A DNA stretch of 64,000 nt from an uncultured Aliarcobacter sp. (lineage in GTDB: Bacteria > Campylobacterota > Campylobacteria > Campylobacterales > Arcobacteraceae): contig CAXXLV010000002.1 in assembly GCA_963664305.2 (NCBI GenBank), forward strand, positions 736,001-800,000, read 5' to 3'. This document shows positions 1 through 9,494 of the stretch, in pieces. Both the position numbers and the translations under genes were made by a program. A model generated the notes under the pieces. That model was not told the origin of the DNA, did not search any database, and was given only the letters and a program-made list of their open reading frames with translations. Numbering within the stretch: position 1 is the first letter of the stretch; each line of letters opens with the position of its first letter.

Positions 1-1
1 T

Positions 2-253
2 ATTAGAGTTGGAACTGTTTTTGTACCATTTCATTTTAATGAACAGCTAATAAACACTATAACGATTGCTGATTTTGACCCAAAATCTTTTGAGCCAAAT
101 TTCAAACAGTGTGCAGTCCAACTTCATAGCTCTAAAGTTCCCCAAGGTTTAAAAGTAAAAAAAGAGGAAATAGTTGCTCAAATTGAACATATAGTTATAA
201 AAGAAGAAACTATCTCTTTAAATGATTTAGAGAAATCATCAATTATAAAATAG
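2..253 (+). CDS. 3' end of molybdopterin oxidoreductase, probably assimilatory nitrate reductase catalytic subunit (partial, runs off window start)
   Basis: Manual translation of frame 2: IRVGTVFVPFHFNEQLINTITIADFDPKSFEPNFKQCAVQ...KSSIIK*. This is the typical molybdopterin-dinucleotide-binding C-terminus (GTVFVPFH...DPxSxEPxFK). Lies directly upstream of nirBD. Confidence 0.8.
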   Translation: MRVGTVFVPFHFNEQLINTITIADFDPKSFEPNFKQCAVQLHSSKVPQGLKVKKEEIVAQIEHIVIKEETISLNDLEKSSIIK

Positions 254-438
254 ATTAATTCATTTCTATATTTTAATGTAAAAATAAGTTTAAAATAAAA
301 TATATACATTTTTATTTTACTTATTTTTATTTATTTAATTTAAAATTAAGATTAATGAATAAATTATATACAATTTTCAAAACACAAATTTTTTTCTTTA
401 TGTAATAATTCAATTATAAGAAACTAAAGGAAAGAAAA

Positions 439-2901
439 GTGAAAAAGAAATTAGTTGTAATTGGAAACGGAATGAGTGGTTTACGAACCATTGAGGATTT
501 ACTTGAACTTACAAATGACAAGTACGATATAACTATTTATGGTGATGAACCTTATGTTAACTATAATAGAATCATGCTTTCATATATACTTTCAAGTGAA
601 AAAACTTTTGAAGATACTATCATAAATCACCAAACTTGGTATGAACAAAACAATATTACTTTAAATAAAGGCGATAAAGTAATATCTATCAATAAAAATG
701 AAAAAACTATTACTAGCCAAAGTGGAAAAGTTGAATCATATGACAAACTTCTAATTGCTACTGGTTCACTTCCATTTATTCCTAAAACTACTGGAAGTGA
801 TTTAAAAAATGTAATTGCATTTAGAACAAAAGCTGATGTAGATACTATTTTAGCAACTATAGATAAATCAAAAACAGCTGTTGTTGTTGGTGGTGGTTTA
901 CTTGGACTTGAAGCTGCTTATGGTATTGCTATGCATGGAATTAAAACTATTTTAGTTCATAGAAGTAGCTCAATTCTATCTCAACAATTAGATTCTACTG
1001 GTGGAAAACTTTTACAAAAAAATCTTGAATCTTATGGAATTGAGTTTAAACTAAACACTACTGTAACACAAATAGATGGTGTAAATGAAGTAGAAATTGT
1101 TAAATTTAGTGATGGAGATGTAGTTGAGTCAAATCTTGTGATTTTTGCAACAGGAATTATTCCAAATAAAGAGTTAGCAATAGATGCAACATTGGAATGT
1201 AACAAAGGTATTGTTGTAAATGATTTTTTACAAACAAGTGATGAAAATATTTTTGCTATTGGTGAATGTGTTGAACACTCTGGAAATACTTATGGTTTAG
1301 TTGCCCCTTTATATGAACAAGCAAAAGTTTTAGCTAAATATTTAGCTGAAGTTAAAACAGAAGGATACAATGGCTCAACTCTTTCAACAAGACTTAAAAT
1401 CTCAGGTGTTGATTTATTTAGTGCAGGTGATTATCTTGGAGATGAAACAACTGAAGATTTAATTTTATTAGATGAAAAAGTTGGTATTTATAAAAAATTA
1501 GTAATTTATAATGACAAAATCATTGGTATGGTTTTATATGGTGATACAGCTGATGCTTCATGGTATTTAAAACTATTAAAAGAAGAGACAGATATAAGTG
1601 ATTTAAGAACTAAAATCCTTTTTGGTAAATCAGCACTTTCAGGAGATAGTGGTCATGGTGGAAATGATGTAAATGCTATGAGTGATGATGAAGAGGTTTG
1701 TGGATGTAATGGAGTTTGTAAAGGTGATATAGTTAGAGCCATCAAAGAAAAAGATTTAAAATCTCTTAGTGATGTAAAATCTTGCACAAAAGCAGGAGCT
1801 TCTTGTGGAAGTTGTAGTGGTTTAGTTGAACAAATTTTAGTAAATACTTTAGGTGATGAGTATAATGCAGTAGAAGAAGGAATTTGTTCTTGTACAACTT
1901 TAGGTCATAAAGAGATTAAACTAGCTATTGATAATGGTGAATTTGAAACTGTTTATGATGTATTTAATAAACTTTCATGGAAAACAACTGATGGTTGTGC
2001 AAAATGCCGACCAGCTATCAACTATTACTTACTTGTAAAATACAATGATGATAAATATAAAAATGATAAAAGAAGTGCTTTAGTAAATGATAGAATGTTT
2101 GCAAATATCCAAAAAGATGGAACTTATTCAGTGGTTCCTAGAATTTGGGGTGGGCTTACATCTCCACAAGAACTTAAAGATATTGCAGATATTGCTGTGA
2201 AATATGATGTTCCAACAGTTAAATTTACTGGTGGTCAACGACTTGATATGCTTGGAGTTAAAAAAGAGCAATTAGAGCCTATGTGGAAAGATTTAAATGA
2301 TTGTGGTTTTGTTTCAGGTCAAGCTTATGCAAAAGGTTTAAGAACTGTTAAAACTTGTGTTGGAAATACATATTGTAGATTTGGAACTCAAGATTCTATG
2401 AATATGGGAGTTCTTTTAGAAAAAATCACTTGGGGAAGTTGGACACCACATAAATATAAACTAGCAGTTTCAGGATGTCCAAGAAACTGTGCGGAAGCAA
2501 CTATCAAAGATTTTGGTGTTGTTGGAGTTGATTCTGGATGGGAAATTCATATAGCTGGAAATGGTGGTATAAAAGTGCGAGTTACAGACCTACTTTGTAA
2601 AGTAGAAACTGATGAAGAGTTAATCGAATATACAAAAGCATTTATGCAGTTTTATAGAGAAGATGCCTACTATTTAGAAAGAACTGCTCACTGGGTTGAG
2701 CGAGTTGGACTTCAATATGTAAAAGATGTAATTTTAGATAAAGAAAAAAGAGCCTTTTATGCTCTAAGATTTGAAGAATCTCAAAAATCGGCACAAGTTG
2801 ACCCTTGGGCAAAAGCAATAGAAGATGGATTTACAAAAGAGTTTTCTACAATTGTAATAAATCCAGAAGAATCACATAGTTTTGAAGCAAAGGAGTTTTA
2901 A
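439..2901 (+). CDS. nirB: NAD(P)H-dependent nitrite reductase large subunit
   Basis: GNGMSG FAD motif, GGGLLGLE NAD motif, two BFD-like Cys clusters (CGCNGV...CGSC; CSC...CAKC), siroheme/4Fe-4S ligands KTCVGNTYCRFG and SGCPRNC. Confidence 0.95.
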   Translation: MKKKLVVIGNGMSGLRTIEDLLELTNDKYDITIYGDEPYVNYNRIMLSYILSSEKTFEDTIINHQTWYEQNNITLNKGDKVISINKNEKTITSQSGKVESYDKLLIATGSLPFIPKTTGSDLKNVIAFRTKADVDTILATIDKSKTAVVVGGGLLGLEAAYGIAMHGIKTILVHRSSSILSQQLDSTGGKLLQKNLESYGIEFKLNTTVTQIDGVNEVEIVKFSDGDVVESNLVIFATGIIPNKELAIDATLECNKGIVVNDFLQTSDENIFAIGECVEHSGNTYGLVAPLYEQAKVLAKYLAEVKTEGYNGSTLSTRLKISGVDLFSAGDYLGDETTEDLILLDEKVGIYKKLVIYNDKIIGMVLYGDTADASWYLKLLKEETDISDLRTKILFGKSALSGDSGHGGNDVNAMSDDEEVCGCNGVCKGDIVRAIKEKDLKSLSDVKSCTKAGASCGSCSGLVEQILVNTLGDEYNAVEEGICSCTTLGHKEIKLAIDNGEFETVYDVFNKLSWKTTDGCAKCRPAINYYLLVKYNDDKYKNDKRSALVNDRMFANIQKDGTYSVVPRIWGGLTSPQELKDIADIAVKYDVPTVKFTGGQRLDMLGVKKEQLEPMWKDLNDCGFVSGQAYAKGLRTVKTCVGNTYCRFGTQDSMNMGVLLEKITWGSWTPHKYKLAVSGCPRNCAEATIKDFGVVGVDSGWEIHIAGNGGIKVRVTDLLCKVETDEELIEYTKAFMQFYREDAYYLERTAHWVERVGLQYVKDVILDKEKRAFYALRFEESQKSAQVDPWAKAIEDGFTKEFSTIVINPEESHSFEAKEF

Positions 2902-2902
2902 G

Positions 2903-3211
2903 ATGAAAAAATGGTACAAAATTGTAAGTATAGAAGAAATTCCTTTTATGGGTTCAAGAGTGATAGAAATTGGTGATTTACAAATTGCAATCTTTAAAAC
3001 TAAAGATGATTCAATCTTTGCAGTAAACAATACTTGTCCTCATAAAAAAGGAAAATTAAGTGAAGGATTAGTTCATGAACATATTGTTACTTGCCCACTT
3101 CATAACTGGAATATTGATTTAAAAAGTGGTGAAGCTTTAGGAAATGACCATGGTTGTACAAATGTGTATGAAACAAAAATTGTTGAAAACATAATTTATT
3201 TAGGAATTTAA
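2903..3211 (+). CDS. nirD: nitrite reductase small subunit (Rieske)
   Basis: CPHK...CPLHNW Rieske motifs. ATG at 2903 preceded by AGGAG, immediately after the nirB stop. Confidence 0.92.
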   Translation: MKKWYKIVSIEEIPFMGSRVIEIGDLQIAIFKTKDDSIFAVNNTCPHKKGKLSEGLVHEHIVTCPLHNWNIDLKSGEALGNDHGCTNVYETKIVENIIYLGI

Positions 3212-3212
3212 A

Positions 3213-3953
3213 ATGGAAAATAGAGTTTATCTAACAGGTGCTGGTCCTGGAGATATTGAATTACTTACTTTAAAAGCAGCTAGGGTAATAAGTGAAGCTG
3301 ATGTAATAATCTATGATAAATTAGCAAATCCAGAGATTTTAGAAATGGCAAAAAAAGATTGTCAATTTATTTTTGTAGGAAAAGAGAGTGGAAATCACTC
3401 TGTTCCTCAAGAAGAGATAAATGAAATAATTTATCAAAGTGCTTTAAAATACAGTAATAAAGTTGTTGTAAGATTAAAAGGTGGAGATCCATTTGTTTTT
3501 GGGCGTGGTGGAGAAGAAGCTATTTATCTACATCAAAGAGGAATAAAATTTGAAATTATTCCAGGAATTAGCTCAAGTGTAGCAGTCCCAGCTTATGCTG
3601 GAATTCCAGTAACTCATAGGGGAATAACAACTTCATTTAGAGTTGTAACTGGTCATGAAACACCAAATAAAAAAATATCTCAAATCGAATGGCAAACTTT
3701 TTTAAATGATGAAACAATAGTATTTTTGATGGGATTACATAATATTGGATTAATTACTTCAAAATTAATGAGTCTAGGAAAAAGAAAAGATTATCCTTGT
3801 GCAGTTGTTTCAAAAGGAACAACAAAAGACCAAAAAGTAGTTATTGGAACATTAGAAGATATTACGCAAAAAGCAAAAGATTTACCAACACCAGCCATTA
3901 TAATCGTAGGAGAAGTTGTAAATTTAAGAGAGCAAGTTAAATGGTTTGATTAA
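3213..3953 (+). CDS. cobA: uroporphyrinogen-III C-methyltransferase (siroheme synthesis)
   Basis: GAGPGDIELLTLKA, RLKGGDPFVFGRGGEE, AGIPVTHRG motifs. Confidence 0.95.
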   Translation: MENRVYLTGAGPGDIELLTLKAARVISEADVIIYDKLANPEILEMAKKDCQFIFVGKESGNHSVPQEEINEIIYQSALKYSNKVVVRLKGGDPFVFGRGGEEAIYLHQRGIKFEIIPGISSSVAVPAYAGIPVTHRGITTSFRVVTGHETPNKKISQIEWQTFLNDETIVFLMGLHNIGLITSKLMSLGKRKDYPCAVVSKGTTKDQKVVIGTLEDITQKAKDLPTPAIIIVGEVVNLREQVKWFD

Positions 3954-6519
3954 CTTTATTTTCGAAAACAATAGAAAAACAAGCACCTTTATATTGTTTT
4001 TGATTATAGGTAAACTCTTCGTTATAAATGTCTATTATACCATTGTGTCTTTCTCTTACAATTTTATCAACAATTGCAAGACCAAGACCAGTTCCTTGTG
4101 ATTTATGTTTTGTTGTAAAATATGGTTCTAAAACTTTAGAGATAATTGACTCTTCAATTCCACCACCACTATCTAAAAAGTTTATTTCTAATCTATTTTT
4201 ATCAAGTTGTTTTGTTTTTATAAAAATAAATCTATCATCTTCATCTTTATCTTTTAATACATCTTTACTATTTGAAATGATATTTAAAAAAGCTTCTGTT
4301 AATTCATTTTTATTACCATAAATTTCTAAATCAGCATCAATATCCAAAACTAAATTTATAAAGTTATTATGTAAAGAAGCATGTATAAGATTTAATGTAT
4401 TTTCTAAAATCTCTTTTATACTAATCTCTTTATTTGATTTATCTTCTTTAATAAAATCTCTAAAATTATCAATTGTATTTGATAAATATTCTGTTTGTTT
4501 CACAATAGATTTAGATGTCTCTTCAATATCCTCTTTATTTAACATATTAAATTCAGATTTTACTTTTAAAGCACTTGCACTTGTACTAATAAAACTTAAA
4601 GGTTGTCGCCATTGATGAGCAATATTTCCTATCATTTCTCCCAATGATGCCAATTTTGCTTGTTCTTGCATAATTTTTAATGAACTAACATCTTTAATAA
4701 GTAGTAAAAGTCTCTTTTTATCAGGAAGCAATGATAAGTTCAAATTAACAGAAACTCTTTTTTCTCCAAATAAAAATACATTTTCATAATTACTAATAAA
4801 TCCATCTGAGATTACTTTATCTAAAATCTTTTTATTGTTTTCAATATCTGGAGATATACAAAAATCAAATAACCTTTTTTCTTCTAAAACCTCTTTTGGT
4901 TCTTTTATCATTTCAATCAAAGAATCATTAAATTTAATAAATTTTGTATCTAAATCAAGTATTGCTATACCATCTTTAGAATAATTAAAAATCAATTCAA
5001 ACTCTTGTTTTTGTTCTAATATCTGTTTTTGATTAAATTCTTTTTCCGAAATATCAATTCCAATAGTTGCTAAATAATCCATAGAATCATCTTCTTTTTG
5101 AACAAGCATACTTGACCATTCAAAAACTCTCTCTTCACCACTTCTTGAAATCCAAGAGTTTTTAAAATTCTTAATAATATTTCCTTTTTTTGCTTCATCT
5201 ATAATATTAATTACTTTATCTCTTATATTCTCATTTAAAAATCTTGACCAAAAAAATGGAACACTTGATATCTCTTCTTGCGTATATCCAACAAATTCTT
5301 GTGCATATTTATTTACTTTAAACATAACACCATCACTATTAATTACAGCAATAATTGCATTTGAGTTATCTATAATTGTAGAAATAAAATCCCTATCTTT
5401 TATTATTTGTTTTTCTAAATTTTTTCGCACTGTCAAATCACTGTGAGTTCCAAGCATTCTAATAGGCTTATTATTTTTATCAAGAATAACTTTTCCACGA
5501 GTCAAAATCCAAACATAATTTCCAGATTTATTTCTCATTCTTATTTCTAAAAAATATTTGTTATCAATTGGATTTTCAAAATAGTTTTTTAGACTATCTT
5601 TTACTATTTTTTTATCATCAGGATGAACTAGATTGAAAAAAGAATCAGCATTATTTTCTATTTCATCATCTTCAAAATCTAATAATTTTTTCCATTTAGC
5701 AGAAAAATAAGTTTCATTTGTTATTAAATCCCAATCCCAAATACCTTCATTTATACTCTCAATTACTAACTCAAATCTATTATTAATTTCATCAATTTTA
5801 AATCTAGAATTTTTAATAGTTGATATCATAGTGTTCATTTTAGAAATTAATTCATTTAACTCTTTTGTATTATGTAAAGGAATTGCATTTTTAGGTAAAC
5901 CATCTTCAGAATCATTTTGAATTACATCTATGATATTGTAAATTGGTCTTAAAACAAAGGTTTTAATCATAAAAAATAAAAGAGTAATAATGATTAAAGA
6001 AGAGATTAAAATTTCATATAAACTTCTTTGAACGATTATATTTAACTCTTCTTCTAAATGTTTATTTGTAGAATATATCATTATTTTTGCGATTTCAATA
6101 TCTGAATTTTTAAGAGTTAATTCTTTAACTGAAAAATTATTTTTGATTATTATTTGCTGTTTTAAATCATTTTCTTTAAAACTTACAATCTTATCATCTA
6201 TTTTTAATTTTCCACTTTCTACATAATCTTTACTAAAAATTTTTCCATAATTATAATCTTTGATTGTAATAGCTAATATATTTTTATTTTTTAGTTGATT
6301 TTCTATTAGTTTTTCATATTCATTAATTGCATATGAATTAATAAAATAAGGAAGCATATCTTTTAACTGTAAAGATACAGATTCAACATCTAAAGTTATT
6401 TCATTGATTAATCGTTTTTTTGTTTCAAAATAGTTATAACTTGTATAAAGAGACATAATTACTATTACGAAAAATAATAAGGGAAAAAGAAAAGAGACTA
6501 TTAAAGAGTTATTTCTCAT
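3937..6519 (-). CDS. membrane-bound multi-PAS sensor histidine kinase
   Basis: Two TM segments, PAS/PAC domains (EGIWDWD...WILTRG), H-box [10 protein letters not shown]-box NIISNS, G-boxes DSGGGI and GTGLGL. Confidence 0.92.
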   Translation of the reverse strand: MRNNSLIVSFLFPLLFFVIVIMSLYTSYNYFETKKRLINEITLDVESVSLQLKDMLPYFINSYAINEYEKLIENQLKNKNILAITIKDYNYGKIFSKDYVESGKLKIDDKIVSFKENDLKQQIIIKNNFSVKELTLKNSDIEIAKIMIYSTNKHLEEELNIIVQRSLYEILISSLIIITLLFFMIKTFVLRPIYNIIDVIQNDSEDGLPKNAIPLHNTKELNELISKMNTMISTIKNSRFKIDEINNRFELVIESINEGIWDWDLITNETYFSAKWKKLLDFEDDEIENNADSFFNLVHPDDKKIVKDSLKNYFENPIDNKYFLEIRMRNKSGNYVWILTRGKVILDKNNKPIRMLGTHSDLTVRKNLEKQIIKDRDFISTIIDNSNAIIAVINSDGVMFKVNKYAQEFVGYTQEEISSVPFFWSRFLNENIRDKVINIIDEAKKGNIIKNFKNSWISRSGEERVFEWSSMLVQKEDDSMDYLATIGIDISEKEFNQKQILEQKQEFELIFNYSKDGIAILDLDTKFIKFNDSLIEMIKEPKEVLEEKRLFDFCISPDIENNKKILDKVISDGFISNYENVFLFGEKRVSVNLNLSLLPDKKRLLLLIKDVSSLKIMQEQAKLASLGEMIGNIAHQWRQPLSFISTSASALKVKSEFNMLNKEDIEETSKSIVKQTEYLSNTIDNFRDFIKEDKSNKEISIKEILENTLNLIHASLHNNFINLVLDIDADLEIYGNKNELTEAFLNIISNSKDVLKDKDEDDRFIFIKTKQLDKNRLEINFLDSGGGIEESIISKVLEPYFTTKHKSQGTGLGLAIVDKIVRERHNGIIDIYNEEFTYNQKQYKGACFSIVFENKVNQTI

Positions 6520-6522
6520 AAA

Positions 6523-7476
6523 TTATTTTATACCTAATACATTTAATTTTATTTTAGGTAAATTTTCTTGAATATTATCTTTTGAAATAGCTAAAATTGG
6601 AAGTTTATACTCTTTTTTCACTTCTTTTTTATTTAAATAATCATCTAAAACTTCTACTGCTTTACTTCCCATAAGATATGGTTGTTGCATTGCTGAACCA
6701 ACTAATATCTCTTTTGGTATTAAATCTAAAAATTCAGGTTCAGCATCAAAACAAATAAGAAGAATTTTTCCTTCTTTATTGGAATCTTTAATAGCATCAA
6801 GAGCACCTTTATATTTATCAGAACCTTGTAACCAAATAGCTTTTAAATCTGAAAATTGATTTATCAATTTTATTGAATAATCATAAGTTTCTTTATATGA
6901 AAAATCTACTTGTTGATAAATTCCTGTAGTTTTTATATTTGATTCATTTAAAGCTTTCAAAAATCCATTTGTTCTATCTTTTCCATTTGTTCTTTTTTGA
7001 GGAATAGCAATAATTCCTACAGTTCCATCTTTATCCCAATTTAAATCTATCAATTTTTTTGATAAAATTTTTCCAAGTTCATATGCTCCTGTTACATTAT
7101 CAGAAGAGATAAAAGAGACATAATCTCCACTATCAGCACCAATATCAGATATAACAACTGGTAAATTTGCTTTTTTTGCTAAATCTAATATTGTGACTGC
7201 TGTTGAAGAATTTATAGGAGAGATTATTAATCCATCTACTTTAGAATTTAAAACTGTAACAATATTCTCAAGTTCAATTTTTTTTAAATTATTTGAACTA
7301 TAAAAGTCTATTTGATAACCCAATTCAGAAGCTTTTGATTTAATACCTTTTGACATAATTTGCCAAAAAGGAATACTCATATCAGATACTATGTAAGCTA
7401 ATTTTTTATTTGGTTCCATTGCATTTACGCCAATTGAAATCATGATAAATAAAATAATAATTTTAATTTTTACCAT
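6523..7476 (-). CDS. periplasmic substrate-binding protein, RbsB/LacI-type fold
   Basis: Signal peptide; PFWQIM, VDGLIISP, SDNVTGA, CFDA, QQPYLMG motifs of sugar-type periplasmic binding proteins. Confidence 0.85.
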   Translation of the reverse strand: MVKIKIIILFIMISIGVNAMEPNKKLAYIVSDMSIPFWQIMSKGIKSKASELGYQIDFYSSNNLKKIELENIVTVLNSKVDGLIISPINSSTAVTILDLAKKANLPVVISDIGADSGDYVSFISSDNVTGAYELGKILSKKLIDLNWDKDGTVGIIAIPQKRTNGKDRTNGFLKALNESNIKTTGIYQQVDFSYKETYDYSIKLINQFSDLKAIWLQGSDKYKGALDAIKDSNKEGKILLICFDAEPEFLDLIPKEILVGSAMQQPYLMGSKAVEVLDDYLNKKEVKKEYKLPILAISKDNIQENLPKIKLNVLGIK

Positions 7477-7787
7477 CTATAAATACTTAACTCCATAATT
7501 TTATAATAAAATAATATCTAAGTATACATAATTTTTTTGAATTTGCATAAATAATTGTAGTTATTTTATCAGATTTTTTAATAAAAGTTAAATGTTAGAT
7601 ATATTTGAGTAAAAAAATTATTAATTGTGTGAGATTGATAAATTGTCGATAAGTAGCTATTTATTAAAATTAATATTGTTTGTAATATGTTTGATTTAAT
7701 GTTTTTAAATTTCTTTTCTAAATTAAGGCTATTCGAACTTTAACAAACAAGAAGAGAATAACTTCTTGTTCATTCTTTTATTTTAAA

Positions 7788-9476
7788 TTAAAAAGTTAAT
7801 CCACCTTGAAATAACACTCTGCTATTTCTCTCTGGTTCACTTGTTACTTCTTTACTATTTGCATTCCATGCTACTTGTACTTGTCCAAAAAATCTATCAT
7901 ATGATGCATAGTATCCAACTCCTACATCTTGTAATGATTTACTTTCAAAGTCTACACTATTATTTGCCATATAAGCTTTTCCTCTATCATAAAATATTCC
8001 AACGGTGTTAGATAGATTATTTAAATTAGGCAATTTATATTTTAATTCTGTATTAAATGTATAACCATTTTCTGCACTTAATTCACCATCTGGGTATAAT
8101 TTAACTCCATATGCGCCACCAATTGAAAAATCTTCACTACCATCTAGATTTTTATTTCCTAATGCATATTGCATTTGTAAAGAAGTATCTAAAGAAAGAG
8201 CTGATGTAAATTCAATTGTATTTGACAATTCTACATTTACTTTTGAGTAATTACCGTTTGTATCCGCACCTGCTTCATCTGTTGTTCTATCAGCAACATC
8301 ATCAAAGCTTAGTTTTCCATATGTAAAATACACATTTGCTATTGATTTTGAGTTTTTATTAAAGGCCATATAATTTTTATCATATTCAAGAGCTAGTTTT
8401 ACAGATGTTGAATCTTTTTTTGTAATATCACTTGTTGACTCTACTTCATCTTTTAAATCTTTTGAAGCAATTGAAATTAAGCTATTTAAGTTTTCTGCTC
8501 TTGTTCTAATAATTGGGTAAGATATCTTTCCTTCAACTGTTTTAGAAGTTCCAAATGCATCTAAACTTTTATAACTATCAGATAAAGAGTAATTTGTTTG
8601 AGTATAAGATACTTCCCCTACTAAACCATTTGGAGCCAAAGGTGCTTGGTATGCAACTCTTCCATTTTTTAGATTTTGTCCATTTGAAACAAGACCAAAC
8701 AATGATATCTTATCACCGATTTCAAATGGAGAGTTTATATTAACTCCTGCCATCAATCTATATTTACCAGTATATCTACTTCCATAGTTATCAGAAACAA
8801 CATATCCATCTACTCTTTGAGATGCTTCTGTTGTAACTATAAAATCTGAAGTTCCTACTTGTTCTCCTGGCATTACATCTGCTTGAGTTACTATTGTACC
8901 TGGAGTATCATTGATAATAAGCATTGATCGTTCTAATGTATTTGTTGAAATTACATTATCTTTTTCTTTTGCATTATTAAGCATTCCTTGAACTACACTA
9001 TCTTTTACTAAAGAGTTGTTTTTTAACTTAAATTCACCATAAGTTCCTTCAATTACAGCTATTTCTAATACACCGTTATTTTCATTTATATTTTGTGCTG
9101 GAATATAAGCTCTTGCAACAAAGTATCCTTTTTCTCTATAAAATTTAGTTATTTCAACAATAATTTCTTGTAATTGATTAAAAGTTAATTCTTTACCTTT
9201 TGATTCTACAAAGAATTTTTCCAATTCATTTAAAGAGATATGTTCATTACCTGTGATTTTAAAATCATTTATTAAGATTTTTTTACCACTATCTACCATT
9301 GGTGCTTTATACTCTTTTTGTTTTATTTCTGGTAATGGAGGTTGTTCTTTTTTTATTTCTGGTGCTTTTATCTCTTTTTCTACATTCCCTATATTTGGTG
9401 TTGCTCCAAGAAGAAAAGTTGATGTTAGAGTTGAAAGTACGATTGTTTTTATTGTTATATTTTTCATTTGTTTCAT
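7788..9476 (-). CDS. ShlB/FhaC/HecB-family two-partner secretion transporter (TpsB)
   Basis: POTRA motif YREKGYFVARAYIPAQ, NYGSRYTG, IGGAYGVKLY (VRGY-like loop), C-terminal Phe of a beta-barrel. Confidence 0.92.
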   Translation of the reverse strand: MKQMKNITIKTIVLSTLTSTFLLGATPNIGNVEKEIKAPEIKKEQPPLPEIKQKEYKAPMVDSGKKILINDFKITGNEHISLNELEKFFVESKGKELTFNQLQEIIVEITKFYREKGYFVARAYIPAQNINENNGVLEIAVIEGTYGEFKLKNNSLVKDSVVQGMLNNAKEKDNVISTNTLERSMLIINDTPGTIVTQADVMPGEQVGTSDFIVTTEASQRVDGYVVSDNYGSRYTGKYRLMAGVNINSPFEIGDKISLFGLVSNGQNLKNGRVAYQAPLAPNGLVGEVSYTQTNYSLSDSYKSLDAFGTSKTVEGKISYPIIRTRAENLNSLISIASKDLKDEVESTSDITKKDSTSVKLALEYDKNYMAFNKNSKSIANVYFTYGKLSFDDVADRTTDEAGADTNGNYSKVNVELSNTIEFTSALSLDTSLQMQYALGNKNLDGSEDFSIGGAYGVKLYPDGELSAENGYTFNTELKYKLPNLNNLSNTVGIFYDRGKAYMANNSVDFESKSLQDVGVGYYASYDRFFGQVQVAWNANSKEVTSEPERNSRVLFQGGLTF

Positions 9477-9494
9477 TTCTATTTTTCCTTCTTC

